This document shows, piece by piece, positions 1 through 10,300 of a stretch of 46,675 bases of DNA; within the stretch, counting starts at the first letter, position 1; the number at the start of each line of letters is the position of its first letter. Both the position numbers and the translations under genes were made by a program. The stretch spans positions 698 through 47,372 of the forward strand of contig DKZT01000024.1 of NCBI GenBank assembly GCA_002493755.1, in the 5' to 3' direction. The notes beneath the pieces were generated by a model. That model did not search any database, had not been told where the DNA came from, and was given only the letters and a program-made list of their open reading frames with translations. The stretch is from Ruminococcaceae bacterium UBA7067. GTDB lineage: Bacteria > Bacillota > Clostridia > Oscillospirales > Acutalibacteraceae.

Positions 1-32
1 TTATACTTATAGCATAACAAAAGAAAAACGGA
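1..32 (+). repeat. 32-bp segment identical to 10879-10910 (-10-like TATACT plus leader of the AAA gene)
   Basis: ttatacttatagcataacaaaagaaaaacgga occurs at 1-32 and at 10879-10910, 32/32 identical. Confidence 0.95.
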
Positions 33-43
33 GGGCGCTGAAT

Positions 44-2071
44 ATGATTTTTTATAAGGTAATCGGTAAGCTGAATAATCCCGAAACATACGAGAATGGC
101 ACAGAGAGGAATATGGAAATAAGAAACTACGCGTATTCATGCCGCGAAAAATTTGAATCCTTTTATCAGAAATACGATAAGCAGCTCTACTGTTTTATAT
201 CGGAAATAAAGAGCGACAAAGTGGTTATCGGCTGTATTCTCCAAGATAAATATATGCTTGATATTGCGCTTGCGGATTTTTTGAACTGGCTTGAGCTGAA
301 AGCTGACAGGCTTTTAACAGAAGAAATAACGCTTAAGGCGATGGTTTCACTTCTGAGAATGGCAGAGAGAACTTGCTTTATTGAAAACGATACAGATGTT
401 CTGGATCTGTTCGGGCTTAGTTGCTTATTTAATATGAGAAGAAGTTTTCGTTTCAGCGAATCCTTATGTGAAAATGATAAGGATAAAGTGCAGATACTGG
501 AGCAGGCAGATAAGCTGTTAAGCCGTGAAGTGCTGATTCCTGAGATTGAAAGAATCTTCAAGGGAGCTAAGTCTGACGGTGTAAAGGGACATCCCGTTCA
601 CTATGTCATAGAATCCGAATCGAAAGAATTTGTTAATACTGCTTTGGAGATAGTTCTGTCCTCACTTTATCAGAACAAAAGGGTTTCAAACAAGCGGTAT
701 TGCTCATTTGAGGCGACAAACAAAACATGGTTTATGGATGATGATTTAGACAGGCTGTATCAAAGCTGTGAGAACGGCACTATGGTGCTCAGCTATTCGC
801 TTGATGACGACGGCGACGGAGATTATGCAAGCAATTCGGGTGCAGAGATTATTGTTCGTCTGTGTGAGATAATGAAGAAATACAGGAATAAGGTGCTGAC
901 GGTTTTCTGCTTCCCGAAAAGCTGCGAAAAATTCAAGAGCATTTTCTATGAGAATTTAAGCGATGTTTCGCTTGTCGAGCTGAGCGAGCAGGTTGTGTTT
1001 GAAGAAAAAGCAAAGGAGTATTTAACTCAGCTTGCGAAAGACGATAATCTTACGGCTGATACGGCACTTTACAATGCACTTGAATATGACGGCAGGGGAT
1101 ATACATCCGCCGAGCTTAAAAGGGAATACAACCGCTGGTATGACAAAAAGCTCAAGAGTGAAATTTACCCTCAATACAGTGAGCTGGAAAACACAGGTAA
1201 AAAGCTTTCCGAGTCAAAGCCAAAGGGCAGCGCCTATGACGAGCTGGGCAGAATGATAGGCCTTGACCGTGCAAAGACTGTAATAAAGCAGGCGCTCGAC
1301 TTTTTCAAGGCTCAGAAAATTTACAGGGAAAATGGCTTGGTGATCGAGCGTCCCGCAATGCATATGGTGTTCACAGGCAACCCCGGTACTGCAAAGACAA
1401 CAGTTGCACGGCTTTTTGCACGGATACTGAAAGAAAACGGCGTTCTGTCAAGAGGTGAGCTGTTCGAGGTAGGCAGAGCCGATCTTGTAGGAAAGTATGT
1501 CGGCTGGACAGCGCAGATAGTCAAGGAAAAATTCAAGGCGGCAAAGGGCAGCGTCCTGTTCATTGACGAAGCATATTCGCTTGTTGACGACAGAAGCGGT
1601 ATGTACGGCGACGAGGCGATAAACACGATTGTTCAGGAAATGGAAAATAATCGCGAGGATACTATCGTAATCTTTGCAGGCTATACAAATGAGATGGAAA
1701 GGTTTCTGCAAAGGAATCCCGGCTTGCGCTCAAGAATTGCATTTCACATTCCGTTTGACGATTACACAACGCCGGAGCTTTGCTCAATAACAAATTTAAT
1801 CGCAGAAAAGAGCGGAATGAAAATTGCCGACGAAGCAATTCCAAGACTTGAAAAAATCTTTGATATCGCAAGGCAGAGGTCTGATTTCGGCAACGGCCGT
1901 TATGCACGCAATGTTATCGAAAAGGCACAGATGAAGCACGCCGCCGCTCTTGTGAATATGGATATTGACGCTGTAAAAAGAGACGATATTTTTACATTGC
2001 GCTCTGAAGATTTTGCTTTTCCCAAGTGCGACAGTGAGAAAAACACGCAAATGATAGGCTTTGCTATATAG
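44..2071 (+). CDS. AAA+ ATPase with C-terminal CbxX/CfxQ/SpoVK-like domain and a long N-terminal region (possibly a degenerate AAA domain)
   Basis: HMVFTGNPGTAKT (Walker A), VLFIDEAYSL (Walker B), NPGLRSR, FGNGRYARN; RBS GGAGG upstream. Confidence 0.88.
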   Translation: MIFYKVIGKLNNPETYENGTERNMEIRNYAYSCREKFESFYQKYDKQLYCFISEIKSDKVVIGCILQDKYMLDIALADFLNWLELKADRLLTEEITLKAMVSLLRMAERTCFIENDTDVLDLFGLSCLFNMRRSFRFSESLCENDKDKVQILEQADKLLSREVLIPEIERIFKGAKSDGVKGHPVHYVIESESKEFVNTALEIVLSSLYQNKRVSNKRYCSFEATNKTWFMDDDLDRLYQSCENGTMVLSYSLDDDGDGDYASNSGAEIIVRLCEIMKKYRNKVLTVFCFPKSCEKFKSIFYENLSDVSLVELSEQVVFEEKAKEYLTQLAKDDNLTADTALYNALEYDGRGYTSAELKREYNRWYDKKLKSEIYPQYSELENTGKKLSESKPKGSAYDELGRMIGLDRAKTVIKQALDFFKAQKIYRENGLVIERPAMHMVFTGNPGTAKTTVARLFARILKENGVLSRGELFEVGRADLVGKYVGWTAQIVKEKFKAAKGSVLFIDEAYSLVDDRSGMYGDEAINTIVQEMENNREDTIVIFAGYTNEMERFLQRNPGLRSRIAFHIPFDDYTTPELCSITNLIAEKSGMKIADEAIPRLEKIFDIARQRSDFGNGRYARNVIEKAQMKHAAALVNMDIDAVKRDDIFTLRSEDFAFPKCDSEKNTQMIGFAI

Positions 2072-2120
2072 CTTTATTCTGCTTTGCTTGCAATAAATAC
2101 AAAAAATATAAGAATATTGA

Positions 2121-2149
2121 TTGACTATTGTGCAAAATAATGGTATCTT
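2121..2149 (+). promoter_or_regulatory. sigmaA-like promoter for the LRR/WYL genes
   Basis: TTGACT, 17 bp, TATCTT with TG extension; -35 and spacing conserved in the paralogous copy at 10991-11019. Confidence 0.6.
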
Positions 2150-2166
2150 TGTTATGAGGTGATTAT

Positions 2167-2379
2167 ATGTGTACTCCGCATTTTGAAATTCAGAACGGTG
2201 TTCTGACAAAGTGCAGAATGTCGGGAGAAGAAAATGTGACTGTCACAATTCCCGACGGCGTAACAAGCATCGGAGATAGTGCTTTTTATCATTGCGACAA
2301 CCTTACAATCTGCGCTCCAGCCGGGAGCTACGCTATTGAGTATGCCAGGGACAACGGCATTAGGTTTAAAGAAATTTGA
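2167..2379 (+). CDS. Mini BspA-type leucine-rich-repeat (LRR_5) protein with about one repeat; probably a collapsed remnant
   Basis: FEIQNGVLTKC N-cap, VTIPDGVTSIGDSAFYHC repeat, ICAPAGSYAIEYARDNGI C-cap; RBS GAGGTG. Confidence 0.75.
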   Translation: MCTPHFEIQNGVLTKCRMSGEENVTVTIPDGVTSIGDSAFYHCDNLTICAPAGSYAIEYARDNGIRFKEI

Positions 2380-2399
2380 TTTTTGTGTGAGGTGATTGT

Positions 2400-3449
2400 A
2401 TGTACGCTCCGCCGCCGAAAAAGATGCTGATTATAAATATCCTCGATATCCTCAAAAAATATACAGACGAAAACCACAGGCTCAGCCAGAAGGATATAAT
2501 CGAGATTCTCGACAAAGAATACTGTATGAAAATCGACAGAAAGTCGGTCAAGCGCAACCTGATGAATCTGATTGAATTTGGGTACGATATTGAGTACAGC
2601 GAGTCAATAAGAATTGTAAAGAATAAAAAAGGCGAAGAAACAGAAACAAAAATACTGTCCGATTTTTATCTCAACAGACCATTTACCGACGGCGAGCTGC
2701 GACTTTTAATAGACAGCGTCCTGTTTTCAAATCATATCTCATATTCGCAGTGCAGGGACCTTGTCGAAAAGCTTGAGGGACTTTCAAATATTTACTTCAG
2801 GTCAAGGGTAAAGCACATTCGCAATCTGCCTGAGAATCAGCCGTCAAACAGTGAACTGTTTATGACCATTGAAACGCTTGACAAGGCTATAAGCCGAGGC
2901 TTGCAGGTGTCGTTTACATACAACTCCTATGACATTGATAAAAAGCTGCATCCACGCAGGACAAGCGATAATAAGGTGCGTGAATACATTATAAATCCGT
3001 ACCAGATTGTTGCTACAAACGGCAGGTACTATCTTGTCTGCAACTATGACAAGTACGATAATGTTTCGCACTATCGCCTCGACCGAATCACAAATATCAA
3101 GCTTCTCGACACACCAGCAAAGCCGCAAAGAATGGTCAAAGGAATCGAAAACGGACTTGATCTGCCCAAGCACCTTGCCGAGCATCTGTATATGTTTGCA
3201 GGCGAAAGCGTTCCCGTGAAATTCATCGCAAAAAGGTATATCGTAACCGATGTTATCGACTGGTTCAGCAAGGATATAAAATTCTCGGACGCAACCGATG
3301 ATGAGGTTACGGTGACGGTCAAGGTAAACCCGATTGCAATGAAAATGTGGGCGCTGAAATATTCGAGGCATATAAGGGTCATTTTCCCGCAAAGCCTTGT
3401 TGACGAAATTAAGGCGGATATTGATTTCGCTAAGAAAAATTATAAATAA
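2400..3449 (+). CDS. WYL-domain transcriptional regulator (wHTH-WYL-WCX)
   Basis: N-terminal ILDILKKYTDENHRLSQKDII HTH; INPYQIVATNGRYYLVC and YRLDRITNI WYL motifs; RBS GAGGTG. Confidence 0.93.
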   Translation: MYAPPPKKMLIINILDILKKYTDENHRLSQKDIIEILDKEYCMKIDRKSVKRNLMNLIEFGYDIEYSESIRIVKNKKGEETETKILSDFYLNRPFTDGELRLLIDSVLFSNHISYSQCRDLVEKLEGLSNIYFRSRVKHIRNLPENQPSNSELFMTIETLDKAISRGLQVSFTYNSYDIDKKLHPRRTSDNKVREYIINPYQIVATNGRYYLVCNYDKYDNVSHYRLDRITNIKLLDTPAKPQRMVKGIENGLDLPKHLAEHLYMFAGESVPVKFIAKRYIVTDVIDWFSKDIKFSDATDDEVTVTVKVNPIAMKMWALKYSRHIRVIFPQSLVDEIKADIDFAKKNYK

Positions 3450-3465
3450 AAAGGAGTTTTTAATT

Positions 3466-4815
3466 ATGTCAGTATGGAGATTACAAACAAGAACAGGTTC
3501 AGGTCATATCTGTGAATATTGCCTTAACAATTCTGTTGCCGCTATGGGTTGGAGTTTAAGTGATATTTCGGAAGCCGAGCGAAATAACATAAAAACTTTT
3601 GCTGAATTTTCAAGCTATGCTGAATTGTTTTATGAAAATTTCGATAGTGTAAAAAGACTTGAAAGTGATGTTCGTCCCGGTGATTTGATATGGATGAGAT
3701 ATAACGGAATTTATTATATCGGAAGGGTAGATGAAAGTTCAAAATGGGTTTTTAATTCTTCCAAAGAAGCTACTGAAGCTGATGCGTCTAATCAGTTAAC
3801 CAATATCAAGTGGCAACATCACGAAATTTCTGATGAAGATACTGTTCCTGGCGTAATCGCTACTGCTTTTATTAAAGGCTCAACATTTCAAAGAATTAAT
3901 AAAAGCGGTGCTTTGGAATACAGTGCACTTCTATACGATAGACTGGCTGGAACAGAGTATTATTCAGATATAAAATTAGAACTCTCAGAAGCAAACTTCT
4001 ATTCGCTTCTTTCGCCTGAGGACAGCGAGGATTTATTATGCTTGTGGTTATATCACAAATATGGATATATTGCCATTCCGTCTACAAATAAAATAGCTAC
4101 ACAGTTATATGAATGTGTACTCGTTGATCCGAAAGACGGAAAACATATTTATGTACAAGTTAAAAAAGGAAATATTGAAATAGACGCAGATGTTTATAAG
4201 GACTTGAACGGTATAGTTTGGTTTCTTAATACTGAAGGTACGATAAAAAACATAGCTAAATATACTAATATGCACTTTGTAAAACCTACCGAATTATATG
4301 AATTTGCATTATCAGAAGAATCAGAAAATATTATGTCTGAGAGCATTAAGTTATGGACTTCTTTCTTAACAATGCAGAACAACGAAAATCTTAAAACTAA
4401 AATTAAAGGAATAATGTTTGATACAAACAAATCATTCTCAGATACTTCTGAAAAATATATGCTCGAAAACAGCAGAGTAAGTGCATGGGGTAATGCTCAA
4501 AAGTATATACATTCGTTCAATAAAGGAGATTATGTGTTCTTCTACAGCAAATCAAAAGGCATTATTGCTATAGGAAAAATAAAATCAGATAAAATATTTG
4601 AGTCTGGAAATGAATCATACCGTGAGGTTGAGCCGATTGTATTCCCAGAAAACTATGATGAACAAAGCATGGCATATATTTCACCAAGAGAGATAAAAGA
4701 CGAATTACATAAAAGTTTCTATTTTGCTTCAACTATAAAATCACCATTTTTATCAGAGGATGATTCAAAAATATTAATTTCTCTTTTAAAAGAGAAAATC
4801 AATAACCAAAAATGA
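3466..4815 (+). CDS. Putative restriction-endonuclease-like protein: PUA/EVE-like domain, Mrr-type PD-(D/E)xK domain, second PUA/EVE-like domain
   Basis: RBS AAGGAG then ATG at 3466; AMGWS..PGDLIW..YYIGRV; LSPEDSEDL..YECVLVD..IYVQVK; AWG..KGDYVFFY..GIIAIGKI; markedly AT-rich. Confidence 0.6.
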   Translation: MSVWRLQTRTGSGHICEYCLNNSVAAMGWSLSDISEAERNNIKTFAEFSSYAELFYENFDSVKRLESDVRPGDLIWMRYNGIYYIGRVDESSKWVFNSSKEATEADASNQLTNIKWQHHEISDEDTVPGVIATAFIKGSTFQRINKSGALEYSALLYDRLAGTEYYSDIKLELSEANFYSLLSPEDSEDLLCLWLYHKYGYIAIPSTNKIATQLYECVLVDPKDGKHIYVQVKKGNIEIDADVYKDLNGIVWFLNTEGTIKNIAKYTNMHFVKPTELYEFALSEESENIMSESIKLWTSFLTMQNNENLKTKIKGIMFDTNKSFSDTSEKYMLENSRVSAWGNAQKYIHSFNKGDYVFFYSKSKGIIAIGKIKSDKIFESGNESYREVEPIVFPENYDEQSMAYISPREIKDELHKSFYFASTIKSPFLSEDDSKILISLLKEKINNQK

Positions 4816-4892
4816 CATCGGTCAGGAATTTGTCATTTCCGAAAACGATAAGGTAACACAGTGGGCATATAACCTCATAAAAAAAATATATG

Positions 4893-4936
4893 AATCGGCC
4901 TGCGAGCTACAAATGGCTCTCGCAGGCCGATTTTTC
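4893..4936. terminator. Hairpin terminator between convergent genes
   Basis: aatcggcctgcgag...ctcgcaggccgatt 14-bp stem followed by T tract. Confidence 0.8.
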
Positions 4937-4986
4937 TATTTACATAATCGGTTACGATTGTATTCAATCTCACACCTGTCATATTG

Positions 4987-6243
4987 TCATACCGTTATTC
5001 TCGCCACTTTACCCCAGGGCGGATCAGCCTCATTATTGTTAATAAGCCATAATACGGGTATGCCCATAGCCAGCTTTTCCTGCGGAAACGGTGCGTATCC
5101 GTCGGTAAGAATTATTATGCTCGCCGGAAGCTTATCCTGCATATGCTTATGAACATACTCAAATATGATTTGAAAATCCGTTCCGCCGCCTCCTGCCGGG
5201 CGAATGATGCGAAACTCGTCTTCATTTGAAAAAGGCTTAGGCTCGATGACTGCCGCATCAAAAAATCCGAGCCATCCCTTCAGCTTGCCGTCAAAATGGT
5301 CGATAGCGCCCTTGACTTCCGAGTATGCCGCCGTAATCATTGCGTCGGATATAGAACCCGATGTGTCAATCATAAACAGAATATCTTCCACTATATCTTC
5401 TTTGTCGTTGAAATCAGGCAGAAAGAATGGGCAGTCATCAAAGCGGCGGTCAGGCGGTGAAAAGGAATAATCCGCAACCTCCTCCTGAATGAAGTCGTTG
5501 AGTATTGTCCGCCAGTCTGTCTGAGGTTTTCTCAGCTCTCCTAAAATACGTTGTGCAAAGCGTGGCAATAAGCCTCTGGAGTTGGACGGATTATGGATTT
5601 CTATTGCTTGTGCAGCGTCCTCAAAACGCTTTACCCATACGTCACGCAGTGCAGCGTCTTCCTCATACAATCCCCAACGGGAATGGTCGTCCCATCCCCA
5701 TACGGGTTTGTGATCTTCGTTGGTTGCCTGCTGTCGGGCACGTCCTTTGGCAACGCCGCTGCTATTCGATGGGCATTTTTTCTCTTTTTGCTTGGACAGC
5801 ATATCATATACCTGTTCGGCGGTGTATTCATACCCCTCTTTTCCGTCTGGGGCAATGTGCATTGATACACCGTAATTTTTAAGCGTGATACTGCTGCCTT
5901 CCATATTGTTTTCCAGAAGAATATTGGAATTAACAACTATATCACAGGCTATATTGAATGTTTCTTGGTCACGGTCTTCTCCTCTCAGACAATGCTGCAG
6001 CACAACGTGGAGTATTTCGTGCATCATAACAAAATCGAGCTCACTGTCGCTCAGACTGTCTAAGAAATCAGAACCGAATGTAATTCGTGTTCCGTCAGTA
6101 CAGGCGGTTTCAAGGCTTTCGTCAATTGAATACACCATATGCATTAAAAGCAAGCCGTAAAAGCCGTGATTGCAGAGTATCCGCATACGTGACAAAAGCA
6201 GTTTTTGTATGTATTTTCTTATTTTTTCTTCAGACAGAGCCAT
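4987..6243 (-). CDS. DUF2201-type putative metallopeptidase plus vWA domain protein
   Basis: TACTDG, HEILHVVLQH (HExxH), NIACDIVVN, IDTSGSI (MIDAS), GGGGTDF, ILTDG. Confidence 0.88.
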   Translation of the reverse strand: MALSEEKIRKYIQKLLLSRMRILCNHGFYGLLLMHMVYSIDESLETACTDGTRITFGSDFLDSLSDSELDFVMMHEILHVVLQHCLRGEDRDQETFNIACDIVVNSNILLENNMEGSSITLKNYGVSMHIAPDGKEGYEYTAEQVYDMLSKQKEKKCPSNSSGVAKGRARQQATNEDHKPVWGWDDHSRWGLYEEDAALRDVWVKRFEDAAQAIEIHNPSNSRGLLPRFAQRILGELRKPQTDWRTILNDFIQEEVADYSFSPPDRRFDDCPFFLPDFNDKEDIVEDILFMIDTSGSISDAMITAAYSEVKGAIDHFDGKLKGWLGFFDAAVIEPKPFSNEDEFRIIRPAGGGGTDFQIIFEYVHKHMQDKLPASIIILTDGYAPFPQEKLAMGIPVLWLINNNEADPPWGKVARITV

Positions 6244-7345
6244 TTATGAGCTTTCCTTTCGTTTGCAGCCAGCGGACAAATTCGGGTATTTGTAAAAGCT
6301 TTTCCTTGAAGTCCTTTTCGATGTACATATAGTCTTTCATAAGAACGGTTGAAAAATCGGGAGGCATACGGTCGGCGTAAGCAATAGAATTTGCAATTCG
6401 TGAAAGGTCGGTTTTGTGTTCACGGGCATATGCTGTCATCGTCGCCGTCAATGCGTACATTGCGTCTGTGCTGTGCGGCAGGGGAGGCGTTTTGCCGTCG
6501 AAAATCTCTTCAATATCGGGCAGCTGCTTATACACCTTAGCCCAGGAACGAAACTCAACTGCAACACCGCTGCCGACTAAACCCGAAATAAGCGGATACA
6601 TTTTTTCTGTATCGTCACTCACATAATTCAGCAGATTGCTCACCATTTCCCAGGAACGAGGCGTTGCAAATGCCAAATCGTCCGACGAGGAATCAAAGCC
6701 CATAAGATAGTTCTGTCGGAATGATAAAAAGCCGAGAACCTTATCGTTAATTCCGTTTCGTATCGCCCATTCTTTCCAGGATTTAAAGCTGCCCTCAACC
6801 TCAATATGCAAAAGACGGTTGGCAAGAGCCTTCGGCATCTTGTAGGCTACCGATTTATCGGTAGTGCGGTTGCCTGCGGCAATAACAATGCAGTTTTCGG
6901 GCAGCTTATGCTCGCCGATAACACGGTCAAGGGTGATCTGATAAGCGGCTGCCTGAACAGATTGCGGTGCCGCAGAAATTTCATCAAGAAAAAGAATGTT
7001 GACAATGTCGTCACTGTCGTCCATCTGGAATATTTGCGGCTTTAACCACACGGCTAATGTTTTGTCGGCATTTGAAGTGGGAATTCCTCGCAAATCAATA
7101 GGGTTAAAAAGCAGCAGGCGTACATCTGTGACTACGGCTTTTTTGCCTGTGTTTTCCTCAATTTCTTTTGCAAGCTGCCTTATTGCCTGTGATTTACCGA
7201 CACCGGGTGCGCCCCAGAGCATAACCGAGGGCAATGTCCTGATGGGCAATTTGTTGTTTATTATTGAACAGTAGGCATCTGAAAGCTCCTTGATAACCTT
7301 GCCTACATTCATAGACGGTATATTCGTAAGCTTAATTTCACTCAT
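6230..7345 (-). CDS. MoxR-family AAA+ ATPase
   Basis: GAPGVGKS, FLDEI, AAGNR, ALANR, ATPRSW; start ATG 7345 overlaps the helicase stop. Confidence 0.88.
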   Translation of the reverse strand: MSEIKLTNIPSMNVGKVIKELSDAYCSIINNKLPIRTLPSVMLWGAPGVGKSQAIRQLAKEIEENTGKKAVVTDVRLLLFNPIDLRGIPTSNADKTLAVWLKPQIFQMDDSDDIVNILFLDEISAAPQSVQAAAYQITLDRVIGEHKLPENCIVIAAGNRTTDKSVAYKMPKALANRLLHIEVEGSFKSWKEWAIRNGINDKVLGFLSFRQNYLMGFDSSSDDLAFATPRSWEMVSNLLNYVSDDTEKMYPLISGLVGSGVAVEFRSWAKVYKQLPDIEEIFDGKTPPLPHSTDAMYALTATMTAYAREHKTDLSRIANSIAYADRMPPDFSTVLMKDYMYIEKDFKEKLLQIPEFVRWLQTKGKLINGSV

Positions 7346-10300
7346 TTTTATCCACTCCCAACTTCTTGTCAAGCTTTTCAAGCCGTTGTTTTAATTCCTC
7401 AATCCTATCAACATAATCTTCCTTTTTAGTAACCTCAACTTTTAGAGCGTTTTGTCTGCTGCAAAGATTTGAAAGACCATCTTTCAGTTTTACAAGGTGC
7501 TCACCTAAGTTATCGAGGTAATTATCAATACGGATAAGACCGCCGATTTCGGTATCTCCCAGCTCAACGTAATATCTGCCGCTTTTTTGCAGCCAGACAA
7601 AAGGCTTTTCTGCCGTCATATTAGCAGGCAGGACAATCTGAAATCCCTGATATGTTATTGACGGCGTTTCGCTATGCTTCAGAACATTCCCTTTTACGGC
7701 ACTGAAAAGCTTTTGACGGATAGCCTTTCTTTCTTCCTTGCTGTACTCCTTTACGTTTGAACGGTAAAATTCAAGATCACACCCGCATTTTTCGATAAGC
7801 TCTTTTTGACGCGTTATCCTTGCAGGCAGCTCCATCAGTTCTTTTTCCAAGCGTATATGGTTATCTATCGCTTTTCTTTGCAGTGATAAATAACGGGTTA
7901 ATTCGTTTGCAGCTTCAACACGCTCTTTTATCAAGGGATTTCCGACTGCCAAGGCTTTTACCTCTGCATAATCAAGTACGGTGCTTTCAATATCGGAGCC
8001 GCTTCGCTCGGTCAGTGAGCCTGAAAGCAATCCTGAAATAAAACGCTGTTTTGTTTCAAGCAGCTGCCAGGAATAAGCATCAAAGCTTCCCTCGGTAATG
8101 TAGCGATAGATATACACTTTTTTGTTTTCGTTGCCATGCCGCAGAATACGGCCCTCCCGTTGCGTCATATCGGCAGGCCGCCACGGAACATCAAGGTGAT
8201 GCACGGCTATCAGCTTATTCTGAATATTAACACCGAGTCCGAGCATGAATGTTGAGCCGATAAGAATACGAACATCACCGCTGCGCAGCCTTGTAAAGAG
8301 TTTTTCTCGTTTGCTTTCGGTTCCTGCATCGTGTATAAAAGCGATTTCCTCCGAGGGTACGCCCATAGCGACAAGAAGGCGCTTTACCTCGTCATACACA
8401 TTAAATCCGTTTTTCGGAGTGGAGCTGTCGCAGAAAATAAGCTGTGTGCTTTTGTCGGATTGAGTGTCGGAGTAAATCTTGAATACATTTTCGGCGCAGC
8501 CTGCTACCTTTGACTGATATGTAAACCCTGAGTTCGGCTTAACCAGCCGCATATCCAAAGCAGCCTTTCTGCCGTCTGTTGTGATTTTCAGCATATTGTC
8601 ATCAGTTCTGCTCACGATTCCTTGACGAACCTGTTCGGCACGGGCGGAAATATCGTCAAGATATGCGGCAAATTCGCTTGTCTTTGATATTAATGCGTCT
8701 TTGTACCCGTCAAAATCAGGAATACCGACACTTGAATCTACCTGATGAAAATCTGCGATTGAGGAAAGAAGTGCGGTAAGCTCGGGCAGATTGTGAAACC
8801 TTGAAAAACGTGTCGCCAAACGGTAGCTGCTTGTATCAACGTCAATCTCAAACTCCGTTACACGCTCGGCAAACATACCTATCCAGCTGTCAAAGCTCTG
8901 CAAATCAAGCATAGCAAGCTCGCCGCTTTGCAGATATTTCTGCATAACATAGGCATCTGTAATCGAATTTGTAATAGGCGTACCTGTCGCCATAACCACA
9001 CCGCCGCCGTTATTCTGCTTTTGCACAAGACGAACCTTGTCCATCATATCCTGACATTTTTTTGAGCCCTTTGAGCTGATGCCGAGAACCTTATCTACCT
9101 TTGTTTCGATAGGCACATTTTTATAGTTGTGCGCTTCATCTACAAATAAGCGGGTGATGCCAAGCTCGTCAAAATATACGGTATCATACATATTATCCAT
9201 CGCAAGCTCCAGCGTGGATAAGGCCTTGCGGACAGCTTCTTTTTTTCTTTCTAATTTTGAGGTCGCTTTGTTGATGTTTGATGCAAGCACCGAAATATTG
9301 TCAAGCGTTCCCTTAAGCTGCTCCATATAAAAGTCCTTTGATAAAGAAATCTGCTCAAAGCAGCTGTACGCCATAATTATTCCGTCAAAGTCCTCGTCAC
9401 GGATTTGTTCCAGCACGTCCTCTCGCTTAGCAGGCGTAAAATGCTTAGGCTCAACACAGAGCAGCTTTGCATCGGGATACATAGCTGAAAAAAGCTTTTC
9501 CCATTGACCGACTATATTGTTGGGCACTACATAGAGGTTTTTGTTTGACAGTCCAATTCGTTTCAGCTCCATACCCGCAGCAATCATTATATAAGTTTTG
9601 CCTGAGCCTACATCGTGGGCGAGCAGAGTGTTAGGAGAGAAAAGTATTCTTGCAACGGCATTCTTTTGGTGAGGATAAAGACTTACACTCGGCGACATTG
9701 TCGGAAAATCAAGAAAAGAACCGTCAAAAATACGTCTGCGCACGCAGCTGAAATTATTCTCAAAAATCATCTCAAGACGTTCCTTGCGTTTTTCGTCTGA
9801 CCAGACCCATTTTTGAAACGCTTTTATCATTTTTTGCTGTTTTTCTAAAGCCAGCACTGTTTCTAATTTGTTGATGACCCGTTTTTTGCCCGACGCATTA
9901 GTATGGCAGATAACCTCATCTTTCACAGCTACCGTTTTCATATTCAGTGTTCTTTCAAGTATATACAATGCAGGCATACGTGAAGTGCCGTAGGTGTGTG
10001 TTGCGGCAACACTGCAGCGATAGTTATAGTCGCTTTTATAAGGGATTTCCCAGGTTCCGGTAAGCTCGTCGTGCATTGTACCGGTGAATGGGTTTTTTAA
10101 AATGTAGGAAATAAAATCATCAATTATATCTATCGGTACCCAGGGAGAGCCGAGTATGATGTAAATATCTTTGGCGGCGACAGTATCGGGAAGAAGCTTG
10201 TCCAACGCCCTGATGTTGTCCGCAAAATATTCTTTATACTCCTCATTTGCCTTTTGAGCTGCATACCACTTGCGCATCAGATTTCCTGATAAATATTCAT

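Noticed and set aside
44-2071. spoVK sporulation gene
   Set aside because: Much longer than SpoVK and in an island context; only the AAA subfamily is shared
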